From a virus (lineage: Duplodnaviria; Caudoviricetes): DNA of 64,000 nucleotides. The notes beneath the pieces are model-generated. The model did not search any database, had not been told where the DNA came from, and was given only the letters and a program-made list of their open reading frames with translations. The DNA is taken from IMG/VR virus record IMGVR_UViG_3300044212_000014, positions 10,272-74,271 of that record; one strand, given 5' to 3'. Positions 19,469 to 29,448 of the stretch are shown here, one piece after another; the first letter of the stretch is position 1, and each line of letters opens with the position of its first letter. A program made the translations under genes and the position numbers.

Positions 19469-20821
19469 TTGAAAATATATAACGGCGATTGTATGGAATG
19501 CTTACTAATGATACCAGATAATAGCGTAGATGCTGTAGTTACTGATCCCCCTTATGAATTAGGATTCATGGGCAAAAAGTGGGACAAGACAGGGATAGCT
19601 AATAATGTAGACATGTGGCACGAAGTATTACGTGTTTTAAAACCGGGCGGTCACTTGCTGGCATTTGGGGGTACTCGACAGGTAAGAGTTATCTGTGTAC
19701 CCGACGGAATAAAGGACATGAACGACATGCTGGTAGCTGGCATAAATCCGGCAGATTTACCGTCAGAAGACATTAGTAAGTTTGTTTTGAGGCGCATCCT
19801 TAATAAATGTAAAACGATAGAGCAAGAGTACTCAAAAGCGGAAGAGTTTTTTAGGACAGTATCTAGTCAGCTTATAAAACTGGATATAATCCATATGTTA
19901 TCAGAACGCTGGGGGAAAGAGTTTGATGACCTAAAAAAGACATTCTCAGCAGTAGGTGAGGACACAGAATCCATATTACAAGAAGCGTCAAACGTAGATG
20001 ATTGTATCGCAGACCTACGACAGATATATGAGTCTGGGGGATACCCAACACACTTCCAACAAATTGATAACTGTATTCATAAGGTAGAAAAGAAACAAGT
20101 AGTTATCGTAGGGGCTTGTGCTGGTTGTGGTAAGTCTAACTTTGCTATAGAGTATATGTTAAGAGCTATATGCCACAATAAACAACGTGTTATATTCTTC
20201 TCTCTCGAAATGCCAAAGGGCAAACTCATGGAGAGAATAATTGCCCAGTTGTTAAAAGTGCCAGTTCCAGATGTAGAAAACTTAATATTACAGGGAAACC
20301 CGTTAGTATTAAAAATACTAGACCTGTTACGCAAGAAATTAATTGTGTTTGATGGTAACTCTATGGACATGGAAGGTATTGCGAGGAGAATAGATATCGT
20401 CAATGCCAAAGAACTTCTTGGTGGCCCAGTTGATATGGTGTTTGTTGATTACTTCGGCTATGTAAAGGGTACGTCTGATTTCGAGGGTGCGTCTAATGCC
20501 GCTAGGGAAATGAAGGGTATCGCGAAAAGTAGAAACATTATATTCGTTATGTTAAGCCAGTTAAACCGTAGTGGTAATGAATACAGCGAACCAACGATGC
20601 AACAGTTAAAACTTACGGGAGACTTAGAAGCGTCTGGAGATATCGTAATGTTATTGTGGCGACCAGAGAAAGACCCTAACTTAGCACTTGCTGATAGACA
20701 GGAGCTAGAGAATGTGACTAGGTTAAAGATATGCAAAGCCAGAGATGGTATGTATGGCTCCAATATGATACAGTTTAAGTATAACAAACAGGAATCACGA
20801 CTAGAAGAATGTTACATGTAG
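19469..20821 (+). CDS. Chimeric ORF at duplication junction: MTase N-terminus (70 aa) fused to primase-helicase C-terminus
   Basis: First 70 aa match 27236 MTase, remainder identical to 11070 protein from RQVRVICVP. Confidence 0.85.
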   Translation: MKIYNGDCMECLLMIPDNSVDAVVTDPPYELGFMGKKWDKTGIANNVDMWHEVLRVLKPGGHLLAFGGTRQVRVICVPDGIKDMNDMLVAGINPADLPSEDISKFVLRRILNKCKTIEQEYSKAEEFFRTVSSQLIKLDIIHMLSERWGKEFDDLKKTFSAVGEDTESILQEASNVDDCIADLRQIYESGGYPTHFQQIDNCIHKVEKKQVVIVGACAGCGKSNFAIEYMLRAICHNKQRVIFFSLEMPKGKLMERIIAQLLKVPVPDVENLILQGNPLVLKILDLLRKKLIVFDGNSMDMEGIARRIDIVNAKELLGGPVDMVFVDYFGYVKGTSDFEGASNAAREMKGIAKSRNIIFVMLSQLNRSGNEYSEPTMQQLKLTGDLEASGDIVMLLWRPEKDPNLALADRQELENVTRLKICKARDGMYGSNMIQFKYNKQESRLEECYM

Positions 20822-20877
20822 AAAAGACTTGACAAAACGTTAAAAATGTGGTATAATGTATTCATGGAGGTAAGGAA

Positions 20878-21540
20878 ATGCCATATACAATACCTGAGTT
20901 CGAAAATTACATATTATATGATAACCTAGATGTTTTTAGCAAGACGTCTGGTAGGTTTTTAAGCGCAGAGGTGGTAACACTGTGCAACGGCAAAACTAGA
21001 AAGCATTTTACTAGGAACTCTCTTAAGAAATATATCCCCATAGATGATAAGTATATTAAAATCCCTGGTTTTAACGGGGAATATGGGATATCAAAAGATG
21101 GTGAGGTTTATAGCTTTAAAACATTTAGGGTATTAAAATCATACCCCAACAAATATCGTCGCGGATATGTATATATCATACTGAGCCTCAATGGGAAACC
21201 AAAAACTTGCAAGGTACATAGGTTAGTAGCATTAACATACATACCAAATCCAAGTGGTAAGGAGTGCGTTAACCATATTAATGGAAATGTACAGGATAAC
21301 AGTGTCGATAATTTGGAATGGTGTACAGTTAAAGAAAACAACCTTTGGAATGTTAGTAGAGGCGTTGCTAATGGTGGTAACCATAAAAAATGTTATCTAT
21401 ACACCAAGTCCGGAGAGTTTGTTGGTTCGTTTCGCTCTATTAGAAAGGCTAGCGAATACGTCAAGTCTATTGGGTGTAGCGGATATGATGATATTAGGAA
21501 ATTAAAATATAATAAATATTACACGTTGGAGGTGCGTTAA
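20878..21540 (+). CDS. NUMOD4/HNH homing endonuclease (copy 2)
   Basis: Identical protein to 13109. Confidence 0.88.
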   Translation: MPYTIPEFENYILYDNLDVFSKTSGRFLSAEVVTLCNGKTRKHFTRNSLKKYIPIDDKYIKIPGFNGEYGISKDGEVYSFKTFRVLKSYPNKYRRGYVYIILSLNGKPKTCKVHRLVALTYIPNPSGKECVNHINGNVQDNSVDNLEWCTVKENNLWNVSRGVANGGNHKKCYLYTKSGEFVGSFRSIRKASEYVKSIGCSGYDDIRKLKYNKYYTLEVR

Positions 21541-22425
21541 TTGCCACTAAGTAGCTATTTTTGTCCCGACGGCGGGAGAATCAAAATTGAAGATTGTTTA
21601 AAAGAATGTAGATTAAAAGGTAAGATGAACCCAATAACCGGAATGGACTATGTTACTTGCGGGAGGTGTTTATCTATACCGACATTAAGAGCCGTTTCCG
21701 AACAGAGAAGTTGGACTGGCAAACCATCCACTACTCAGTTGTTACGAGGAACGAGAGAGGCATATTTAACTCTTACGAGAGAATATGCAATCGACCCCAA
21801 AAGTATGATGTTTGCTCTTCACGGCACAAACACTCATGCGAGACTCGAAGACGGCATGTCAGAAGAGGACTTGGGGGAACAGCGGCTGGATGACGGAGTG
21901 TCCACTGGAGCATTTGACTACTACTCAGATGAAGACGGGGGAACGCTATTCGACTATAAGACGTACTCTTCATATGTTTGTGGAAAGTATATGGGAATAG
22001 GGAGCAGGAAGGAACTAATAGGCCATTACAAGAATGGTAAACCTAGATTTCAGTCAGTAAGAACTTATGGTAATGCAAAGCACGACCTAGACCTAGCCAT
22101 ACAGTTAAACGATTACCGGATGAAAATACAAAAGGTTCTTAAAAAGCCAGTAGCAAACATGGTTTGTGAGATGATTGTAAGAGACGGTGGCACGTATATG
22201 GCTAAGAATAGAGGGGTAGATGATACTGCATACCTCATTAAGGTTGGTAAAATAAGTGATATTTGGGTTGAGAGGTATATGAAACGAAAAGCAAACGATT
22301 TAATTTCTGCGCTAGAAACTGGGAGAATGCCGCCACCATGCAGACCACATGAATGCTGGCACGGTAGAAAATGCAGAGACTTCTGCCCAGTTAATATGTA
22401 TTGTGACGCATACAAAGGAGAATAA
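21541..22425 (+). CDS. Cas4-like PD-(D/E)XK exonuclease (copy 2)
   Basis: Identical protein to 13772. Confidence 0.65.
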   Translation: MPLSSYFCPDGGRIKIEDCLKECRLKGKMNPITGMDYVTCGRCLSIPTLRAVSEQRSWTGKPSTTQLLRGTREAYLTLTREYAIDPKSMMFALHGTNTHARLEDGMSEEDLGEQRLDDGVSTGAFDYYSDEDGGTLFDYKTYSSYVCGKYMGIGSRKELIGHYKNGKPRFQSVRTYGNAKHDLDLAIQLNDYRMKIQKVLKKPVANMVCEMIVRDGGTYMAKNRGVDDTAYLIKVGKISDIWVERYMKRKANDLISALETGRMPPPCRPHECWHGRKCRDFCPVNMYCDAYKGE

Positions 22426-22426
22426 C

Positions 22427-22693
22427 ATGGATAAAGACATCTTAGCAGAATTTGAGAAAGAATTAAAGTCTGGTATTAAAATTGGGATTAACATGAAAGA
22501 GAATAACGACAAGGTTGAGTGTGGCATTATCGGTGATAAAGAGTATTCTCCTCAGCTTGTACTAACCTTGTTGATCATCTCCATTGCTAATCTTATGCAG
22601 ATAGACCCAAGCGATCTGTTAGACGCGTGTGTTTCTGCTCGCAAGAAAGATGGTATTGACTTGTCAGACCAGTTCGAACATCTTATTAACTAA
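22427..22693 (+). CDS. Hypothetical protein (copy 2)
   Basis: Identical to 14658. Confidence 0.6.
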   Translation: MDKDILAEFEKELKSGIKIGINMKENNDKVECGIIGDKEYSPQLVLTLLIISIANLMQIDPSDLLDACVSARKKDGIDLSDQFEHLIN

Positions 22694-23355
22694 TGGATGA
22701 GTGCGAAGTAAGAAGTAATTGTAGGAAGAGTTATGATTGCGATTGGTGCGATTACTATAGCGAATATTCCCCAATAAACATTAATATTAAATGCAAAAGA
22801 CAGATAGAAAATACAAAAATTCGTAGAGAGCAGAGGAAAGTGAAAAGAATTTCCGATGCCTCTAAGAGGGGAAGGTCAAACAGAAGGAACGGACGTAAGG
22901 CAGAACGAGACGTTGAAAATCTATTAAACGAACTGGGGTTAGATGCCTCAAGAACTCCTATGTCCGGCGCACTTAAAACAGCAAACCTCATACCTCAATT
23001 AAAAGACCATGTGTCCGGTGATATAAGAATAAAGTATTTAGACAAAGAGCTTATAGTTGAATGCAAAAGGAATATTCATTCGGATAGTTGGTATAAACTT
23101 ACAGAAAAAGGTTTAATACATATAGATGGGTTTTGCTATGGTCTTACAAAAGAGTTATTCGAATATTTGGTAAACGGACTACTAAGTGGGGAATGTATTG
23201 ATATCCCAGACAACAAATTTAAGATGTTGCATAAATATTTCGACCAAGATAACTCAGATATCGTCGTTGTTACTAGGCCATGGCACGACCCCCTGTTCTT
23301 CTTAAAAGAAAAAACATTTGAATTATTCGGAGGTAATATAAATCATGATAAGTAG
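22693..23355 (+). CDS. Holliday-junction resolvase-like nuclease (copy 2)
   Basis: Identical to 14924. Confidence 0.65.
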   Translation: MDECEVRSNCRKSYDCDWCDYYSEYSPININIKCKRQIENTKIRREQRKVKRISDASKRGRSNRRNGRKAERDVENLLNELGLDASRTPMSGALKTANLIPQLKDHVSGDIRIKYLDKELIVECKRNIHSDSWYKLTEKGLIHIDGFCYGLTKELFEYLVNGLLSGECIDIPDNKFKMLHKYFDQDNSDIVVVTRPWHDPLFFLKEKTFELFGGNINHDK

Positions 23356-23593
23356 CGAAAATAGAATGTCGAGAATTGAACCTACGTCGCTTTATATCTC
23401 TAGCGTTAGCGAGAAAGACCAGCATGGAATTGACCGTTTAGTCGCAACTCGCATTATGGCTTTAAATGCAACGACTCCTAAGCCTATCGTGGTAAAGACG
23501 TTCGCTATCGGAGACTTTGACAACGGGGTAAAAATAGAAACTTCCGAACGTCTTTTGGAAGTAACTAAAGATGCCATGGAGGATATAGGATAA
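23345..23593 (+). CDS. Hypothetical protein (copy 2)
   Basis: Identical to 15576. Confidence 0.55.
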   Translation: MISSENRMSRIEPTSLYISSVSEKDQHGIDRLVATRIMALNATTPKPIVVKTFAIGDFDNGVKIETSERLLEVTKDAMEDIG

Positions 23594-24030
23594 TGCCTCC
23601 GGCATATGAAGAGTTGGTAAGCCAATTCGAAGAAATAAAGTATAGATACGAACAACTCACGGATACAGATGTGTTAGAGGCATTCTCTCTCATGAGAGAT
23701 TCCTCTTCACTACTGGCAAGTTACGACACGATGGTAGCGGAGTCATACAAACTAACGGCACTTACCGAAAGACAAGCTAGGGCGGTAGAGGCCAGAAAAA
23801 GTATAGAACTTTCTGTTAAACCGACGGAAGGCGCGAGAAGAGCAACCGCTGATGAAGAAGTCGTATCGGCGTGGAATAAATATATATCGGTAGCTACAAG
23901 TCAGAAATATATAGAAGCCAACGCAAAGTTCCTTAGTAGAGTATATTTCGATGCCAAGATGATAACTGAGAATTGTTATCGAAAGGAAAGGCCGGCAGTA
24001 GGAACAGACCGTATTGTTGGTAGAACGTAA
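23593..24030 (+). CDS. Hypothetical protein (copy 2)
   Basis: Identical to 15824. Confidence 0.6.
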   Translation: MPPAYEELVSQFEEIKYRYEQLTDTDVLEAFSLMRDSSSLLASYDTMVAESYKLTALTERQARAVEARKSIELSVKPTEGARRATADEEVVSAWNKYISVATSQKYIEANAKFLSRVYFDAKMITENCYRKERPAVGTDRIVGRT

Positions 24031-24047
24031 TCAGCCTAGGAGGTTTT

Positions 24048-24569
24048 ATGCCAAGAACAAGAAAAAATGAAACTTATTCTGTAGATGATTTAAAAGTAAC
24101 TAAATATGAACCATATACGCCAGAGGCCCCGAAGGTGAAGGTAAAGTTTATAAAAGAAAGACCCGACTCTAAGGCTCCTGAATATAAGACGGATGGCTCG
24201 TTTGCTTTTGACCTGTACTCCGATAGGGACTGTACTGTTGTTGGTAATAAACCTACACTAATTTCTTTGGGGGTAAAAGTTGAAATTCCATCTGGATATG
24301 GTATGTTAATTATTCCTAGGTCATCCATTGGGAGCAAAACTCCCCTTCGTCAGTCAAATTCAGTTGGCCTAATTGATAGTGATTACCGTGGTGTTGTTAT
24401 GGTAATGTATGAATCAAACAGAGATATTGCTGGTTCGACTATAGTTCGTAGAGGGGATAGAATAGCGCAGGGATTTCTAATCCCATATGTAAATGTTGAC
24501 TTTGTAGAAGCAGACGAATTAAGCGAGACAGAAAGGGGTACTGGTGGATTTGGTTCCACTGGTAGATAG
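24048..24569 (+). CDS. dut: Trimeric dUTPase (copy 2)
   Basis: Identical protein to 16279. Confidence 0.95.
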   Translation: MPRTRKNETYSVDDLKVTKYEPYTPEAPKVKVKFIKERPDSKAPEYKTDGSFAFDLYSDRDCTVVGNKPTLISLGVKVEIPSGYGMLIIPRSSIGSKTPLRQSNSVGLIDSDYRGVVMVMYESNRDIAGSTIVRRGDRIAQGFLIPYVNVDFVEADELSETERGTGGFGSTGR

Positions 24570-24578
24570 GAGAACGAT

Positions 24579-24785
24579 ATGTGTGTAACTAGGATGCAAC
24601 TATTTTTTATGGTAGCAGGATTCATTGCTGGTCTTGTGTCCCTATCTGGTGTTATATACCACCTTATTATGACTTTCGAATGGAATGATATTGTTGCATG
24701 GGGCGGTATGTTATCGTTTATATTGTTTGAGGTATCAGACCTATTTAAACCAGAATTTGAAGATAATGACATGGAGGATAAATAA
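24579..24785 (+). CDS. Small two-TM membrane protein
   Basis: GGAG RBS; intact version of the frameshifted copy 1 gene. Confidence 0.6.
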   Translation: MCVTRMQLFFMVAGFIAGLVSLSGVIYHLIMTFEWNDIVAWGGMLSFILFEVSDLFKPEFEDNDMEDK

Positions 24786-24786
24786 T

Positions 24787-25143
24787 ATGAAAGTACCAGA
24801 ACATTACGTAGAATATTTCGAAAATGAAGAAAAAGGTGTCGTTGTTTGTAAATTAAAAAACTGCTTTACCGTTAGGAAGTGCGCTATTGACTATCTCAAC
24901 AAAATGGGTGATTGGGCAATTAAAGACGCTTTCGCGGCATACTCCGCTAGCGTAGATGAAAATAAACAGCAGAAAATCGGTATTGCTCATTTAGCCGACG
25001 GTGATATCTGGGACTCTCGCACTGGTCGTAAAGTGGCAAAGACGAAACTTGAAACGCACGTAAGTAATTATTTCTTGAAAGTATTAGATAGTATTACCAA
25101 CGATGCTTTACAGGTGGTTACTTACTTTTTAACGGAGGTGTAA
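24787..25143 (+). CDS. Hypothetical phage protein
   Basis: GGAGG RBS; intact version of the frameshifted copy 1 gene. Confidence 0.6.
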   Translation: MKVPEHYVEYFENEEKGVVVCKLKNCFTVRKCAIDYLNKMGDWAIKDAFAAYSASVDENKQQKIGIAHLADGDIWDSRTGRKVAKTKLETHVSNYFLKVLDSITNDALQVVTYFLTEV

Positions 25144-25147
25144 TCCA

Positions 25148-25441
25148 TTGAACGTTATCGAATATGACAACTCAGGTAAGAAGAAAAAAGCGACGAAAGA
25201 AACGAACGAATGGTTTGACGAACATTACGGTGGAACAAGTGATGAAATTCAACCGATAGAATTTATGCAATCTCAATTTTCAGAAGAAGCGTTTGTTGGC
25301 GCTATCTTGTTTAATATAGTTAAGTACTCTTCACGGCTCGGGAAAAAGGATTCCCCTTTAGAGGAAGCGCGGAAGATACTACGATATTCCCAATGGTTAG
25401 TTAAGGTACTAGAGGGAGAAACAATAGACCCAAGGGTTTAA
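25148..25441 (+). CDS. DUF3310-like protein (copy 2)
   Basis: Near identical to 17381. Confidence 0.75.
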   Translation: MNVIEYDNSGKKKKATKETNEWFDEHYGGTSDEIQPIEFMQSQFSEEAFVGAILFNIVKYSSRLGKKDSPLEEARKILRYSQWLVKVLEGETIDPRV

Positions 25442-25472
25442 ATATAAAACTATGTTTTATTGAAGGGGGTTT

Positions 25473-25787
25473 TTGATGCCGAAGTTATTGGCAATCCTCT
25501 CACTATTATTCGTTTTCGCAATGCCCGTTTATGGGATGCAGGTTAGATGTACTGCATATACAACTACTGAGAACACGGGCATTATGGCTAACGGTATGGA
25601 AGCGCAGGTCGGATATGTGGCTTGTGACTTCCTTCCCTTAGGCACTGTCATATACATAGACGGTGCTAGGTACATAGTAGGAGATAGGATAGGAGACGGA
25701 ACAAACAACCATATTGACATTGTTTTTAACAGTTACGACGAAGCAATAAACTTTGGTGTGCAGTATTTAGATATGGAGGTAGCATAA
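25473..25787 (+). CDS. Secreted 3D-domain protein (copy 2)
   Basis: Identical protein to 17706. Confidence 0.8.
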   Translation: MMPKLLAILSLLFVFAMPVYGMQVRCTAYTTTENTGIMANGMEAQVGYVACDFLPLGTVIYIDGARYIVGDRIGDGTNNHIDIVFNSYDEAINFGVQYLDMEVA

Positions 25788-26588
25788 TTGAATGAGACGG
25801 ACATGATAAGTAAAGCGTACCTACCTCACGTAATGAGGACTAGGGTTATTGGAGATAAAGGTGCGCTGGCTGTCTTATCTGATATACATGAGGGTGCAAA
25901 CAACAGGAAATATTTACAAGATGCCGTGTCGTTCTTGTTATCGCTAGGGCCTCGATGTAAAGTTGTTATCGGTGGAGATAGTACCAATACCATAACACGG
26001 AATAGCAAGGGAATACCTATCGAAGAATGGGCTAGCGGGGATAAACAAATATTTTCCCTCGTTGATGATATAAAACCACTATATGATTCAGGACAGATTA
26101 TAGGGATTACATCTGGTAATCACACGAGGAGAGCATATGACAGCACGTTTATAACGATAGAAGCCATGATCGCAAGCATACTGGGCGATAGGTCATTATA
26201 TAAGGGTTCTATGGGTATTGTATATTTCAACGTAAATAAAAATTGTTACGTCCACCATATTTTACATAAACATAGGGCTACGGAAGGTGCATATGATTTC
26301 TTCTCGGCAGACGCTAACTGGTTCGAGCATAAGCATAAGCCAATGGTTCGCCCTAAGATAATGATTGACCATAACAAATATGAAAAGGTTCCCGTGGCTA
26401 AGAGATGTTGGGATATCTACCAGTCTTCATTTCAGGATTATCCTGATTATGCTAAGGTAGCAGGGTATAGGCCCAGTGTTCCGGGATTTTATATTTGCGA
26501 AATGAGCGGAGATATTCATAATAGATCGCTTACCCCATATATGGATGGAACGTACCACGCACTTATTAATGGCGGTTATGTGTTTTAA
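25788..26588 (+). CDS. Metallophosphoesterase (copy 2)
   Basis: Identical protein to 18021. Confidence 0.75.
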   Translation: MNETDMISKAYLPHVMRTRVIGDKGALAVLSDIHEGANNRKYLQDAVSFLLSLGPRCKVVIGGDSTNTITRNSKGIPIEEWASGDKQIFSLVDDIKPLYDSGQIIGITSGNHTRRAYDSTFITIEAMIASILGDRSLYKGSMGIVYFNVNKNCYVHHILHKHRATEGAYDFFSADANWFEHKHKPMVRPKIMIDHNKYEKVPVAKRCWDIYQSSFQDYPDYAKVAGYRPSVPGFYICEMSGDIHNRSLTPYMDGTYHALINGGYVF

Positions 26589-26600
26589 GGAGAGAGTAAA

Positions 26601-27113
26601 ATGCCGAATTATCTTGATAGCCTAATAGATTCTTACGTAGATGACACGGAGCAAGACACGTATCAATTACAAAAATATATCGTGGGCCTAATCGACAAAT
26701 ATTCTTCCGATAAGATAGATGGTAAAGAGGCGTGTCGTAGTATATCAAATATTACACGTCGAGACGAGTGGATACAGGACGTAAATAGTAATAGATTGAA
26801 AGAGAAAATAAAACAGAAATACTCGTTTGTCCGGTATGCAAAATCGCCTGAGGATATAATTATAGAGTGGGAAACCGCGGAAAAGATATTACATTTTCTT
26901 ACATGGTTACATTCTATAATTAATCACACTGATTGGTATATACTTACTCAGATGTCATTTAGGAAGATACCAGCTACTATGTTAGCAAGAGAAATGAACA
27001 TACCAAGGGACACGATATATAAAAGACTTTCCGTTGTTAGGAATGTGGCTAAAGAGTTTATGCCATATTATGCGGAACAGTTCGGAGATATTAAAGAATA
27101 TTTGGAGGACTAG
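26601..27113 (+). CDS. Sigma-region-4-like HTH regulator (copy 2)
   Basis: Differs from 18834 at EQ/DK. Confidence 0.55.
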   Translation: MPNYLDSLIDSYVDDTEQDTYQLQKYIVGLIDKYSSDKIDGKEACRSISNITRRDEWIQDVNSNRLKEKIKQKYSFVRYAKSPEDIIIEWETAEKILHFLTWLHSIINHTDWYILTQMSFRKIPATMLAREMNIPRDTIYKRLSVVRNVAKEFMPYYAEQFGDIKEYLED

Positions 27114-27235
27114 ACATGGACACGGTTAAAGCAGAAAAAGATTCTATAAAAGTATATGTATCAATACCACCGTTAAGTTATGTATAATAATATAACTAAA
27201 ATAAAGGCAACAGTTCGTTAAAATGGAGGGAAAAT

Positions 27236-28267
27236 TTGAAAATATATAACGGCGATTGTATGGAATGCTTACTAATGATACCAGATAATAGCGTAGATGC
27301 TGTAGTTACTGATCCCCCTTATGAATTAGGATTCATGGGCAAAAAGTGGGACAAGACAGGGATAGCTAATAATGTAGACATGTGGCACGAAGTATTACGT
27401 GTTTTAAAACCGGGCGGTCACTTGCTGGCATTTGGGGGTACCCGTACATATCATCGTATGGCATGTGCCATTGAGGATGCAGGATTTGAAATCCGTGACC
27501 AACTACAGTGGATTTATGGCAGTGGATTTACAAAGTCCATGGATATTAGCAAGGCGATTTATAAAAAAGCTGGGATATGGAGAGGAAAAGCGGGCAACGT
27601 AATCTCTAAAAATGGTTCTATGAGCGCACCAAATTATGAACGGACACCAAAAGTGGAGCCTATTACTGAACTTGCTAAACAATGGAACGGATTTGGCACA
27701 GCTCTTAAGCCTGCAAACGAGCCTATCTGTCTTGCTCGTAAGCCGCTGACTAAAAAAAGTGTTGTAGATAATATACTGAGATACGGTACCGGAGGCATTA
27801 ATATTGACGGGTGTCGAATACCCACTACGCAACTGCACGTTCAAAAAGCAAAAGGTTCTAATGGGACTCAGGGGATATACGGCGACTTTAATACCATGGG
27901 TGTATATGCCCCCAACCCACACGGTAGATTCCCGTCGAACGTTATACTCGACGAAAACGCATCACAACTTTTAGATGCGCAGACAGGAACTCTTAAAAGC
28001 CGATTTTTTTACTGTGCAAAGGCTTCACGGAAGGAACGTGACCAAGGACTTGACGACCACAACAATCATCCGACAGTAAAGCCTGTAGACCTTATGCGAT
28101 ATTTAGTTAGCCTTGTTACAAAAGAAGGGCAAGTCGTTCTTGATCCGTTTATGGGTAGTGGGACAACTGGGGTTGCTTGTGTGTTAAATCATAGAGATTT
28201 TATAGGGATAGATAAAGACAAGCATTATTGTGATATTGCCGAAAGGCGCATCGCCTATTCTATATAG
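27236..28267 (+). CDS. N6A/N4C DNA methyltransferase (beta class)
   Basis: DPPY near N-terminus, HPTVKP, LDPFMGSGTTG near C-terminus. Confidence 0.92.
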   Translation: MKIYNGDCMECLLMIPDNSVDAVVTDPPYELGFMGKKWDKTGIANNVDMWHEVLRVLKPGGHLLAFGGTRTYHRMACAIEDAGFEIRDQLQWIYGSGFTKSMDISKAIYKKAGIWRGKAGNVISKNGSMSAPNYERTPKVEPITELAKQWNGFGTALKPANEPICLARKPLTKKSVVDNILRYGTGGINIDGCRIPTTQLHVQKAKGSNGTQGIYGDFNTMGVYAPNPHGRFPSNVILDENASQLLDAQTGTLKSRFFYCAKASRKERDQGLDDHNNHPTVKPVDLMRYLVSLVTKEGQVVLDPFMGSGTTGVACVLNHRDFIGIDKDKHYCDIAERRIAYSI

Positions 28268-28298
28268 GATACACTATGTAAGTTAGGAGATATTTATA

Positions 28299-28430
28299 AT
28301 GTTTAAAATATTATTTTGTGGACTAACCACATTCACCATTCTACTTTGGGTAATAACCATGGACGTTACTATTGGTTTATGTGCTAATATACTTGTTACA
28401 TGCACTTTAAATTCATTAAATAGAGAGTGA
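28299..28430 (+). CDS. Small membrane peptide (43 aa)
   Basis: AGGAG RBS; MFKILFCGLTTFTILLWVITM...; below the ORF-track cutoff. Confidence 0.45.
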   Translation: MFKILFCGLTTFTILLWVITMDVTIGLCANILVTCTLNSLNRE

Positions 28431-28440
28431 GGATATTGAA

Positions 28441-29112
28441 ATGGCATATATGAAAGATTTCCCGTCCGCACAATTAGTGTCTGGTACAAGCCTTGACCTA
28501 GCGATACAAGCAATGAATAATTGCTATGGCAACACCTGTACTATAAAAAGTTTGATCGGCTCTATTCGAGCTGGTCATCTTAGTTTGTTAGAACATGTCA
28601 CTGCTACATTTGATATTCTTTGTAGCGAAGCAGTTTTAAAACAAATATCTCGTCATCGCCATTTATCTCCTACCGTAGAGTCAAGTCGAGGTAGTGACAT
28701 AACTGATAATGGGTTTTATATTCATCCTTTCACCGAATATAAAGGGACAACATTCGCAAGTTTTGATGAGGATTACAACAGCCTTTATGGAGAATTTACT
28801 GCTCAAGAATATATTTGTCGGATATACGATAATATCCTATTCCAATATCATGTGATGGTAAACAAAGGTGTCCCGCGAGAAGTAGCCGCATACATTCTTC
28901 CCATGGCTACTATGGTACGTATGAGATATACTGGTAACTTACGAGCATGGTTTGAGTACTTACAGAAGAGATTGTGTAAGAGAGCGAGTATCGAACATAG
29001 AGAACTGGCTGAAAAGATTTACAAAGAATTAAACCTTACGTATCCTGATATTTTTAATAAGGAAATGTTAGGAATGTGCGTAAACTGTAAAGAACGTGGT
29101 TGTAGTTTTTAA
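28441..29112 (+). CDS. thyX: Flavin-dependent thymidylate synthase
   Basis: GHLSLLEH, RHR-x7-S signature (RHRHLSPTVES), REVAAYILP, NLRAW. Confidence 0.9.
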   Translation: MAYMKDFPSAQLVSGTSLDLAIQAMNNCYGNTCTIKSLIGSIRAGHLSLLEHVTATFDILCSEAVLKQISRHRHLSPTVESSRGSDITDNGFYIHPFTEYKGTTFASFDEDYNSLYGEFTAQEYICRIYDNILFQYHVMVNKGVPREVAAYILPMATMVRMRYTGNLRAWFEYLQKRLCKRASIEHRELAEKIYKELNLTYPDIFNKEMLGMCVNCKERGCSF

Positions 29113-29127
29113 AAGGAGAAAATAAAA

Positions 29128-29448
29128 ATGGAACAAGAAATTAAACATTACGTAGGTAAAGTTGGTTCTTTTGGCTATGCTATTGAAGTATTAAAGTTAG
29201 AAATCGGCAAGAAAGTTGCTAGGAAAGGCTGGAATGGAAAGAGTCAGTATATTGAATTAGCAACAAATGTAAGCTATAAAAATGGTAATGGAGAGATTGT
29301 CAATGTAGATCATGAGCAGATGGGTAATAAAGCAATTGCTTTTGTCGGAACATCTGGTGTACAGCTTGGTTGGTTAGCTAGTCAAGCAGATATGTTATCA
29401 GAAGATTGGTATATCGTTAAAGGAGATAACAGTGCGAAGAAAATCTAA
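29128..29448 (+). CDS. tad2: DUF2829 / Tad2-like immune-signal sponge
   Basis: SFGYAIEVLK, ARKGWNGK, W-x2-SQADMLSEDW motifs. Confidence 0.8.
   Translation: MEQEIKHYVGKVGSFGYAIEVLKLEIGKKVARKGWNGKSQYIELATNVSYKNGNGEIVNVDHEQMGNKAIAFVGTSGVQLGWLASQADMLSEDWYIVKGDNSAKKI

Larger units (their letters stand above)
11908..19677 (+). repeat. 7.77-kb tandem duplication, copy 1
   Basis: Matches 19677-27444 at offset 7769, shifting to 7767 after two 1-nt indels. Confidence 0.97.
19677..27444 (+). repeat. 7.77-kb tandem duplication, copy 2
   Basis: Continues into the intact MTase gene. Confidence 0.97.
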
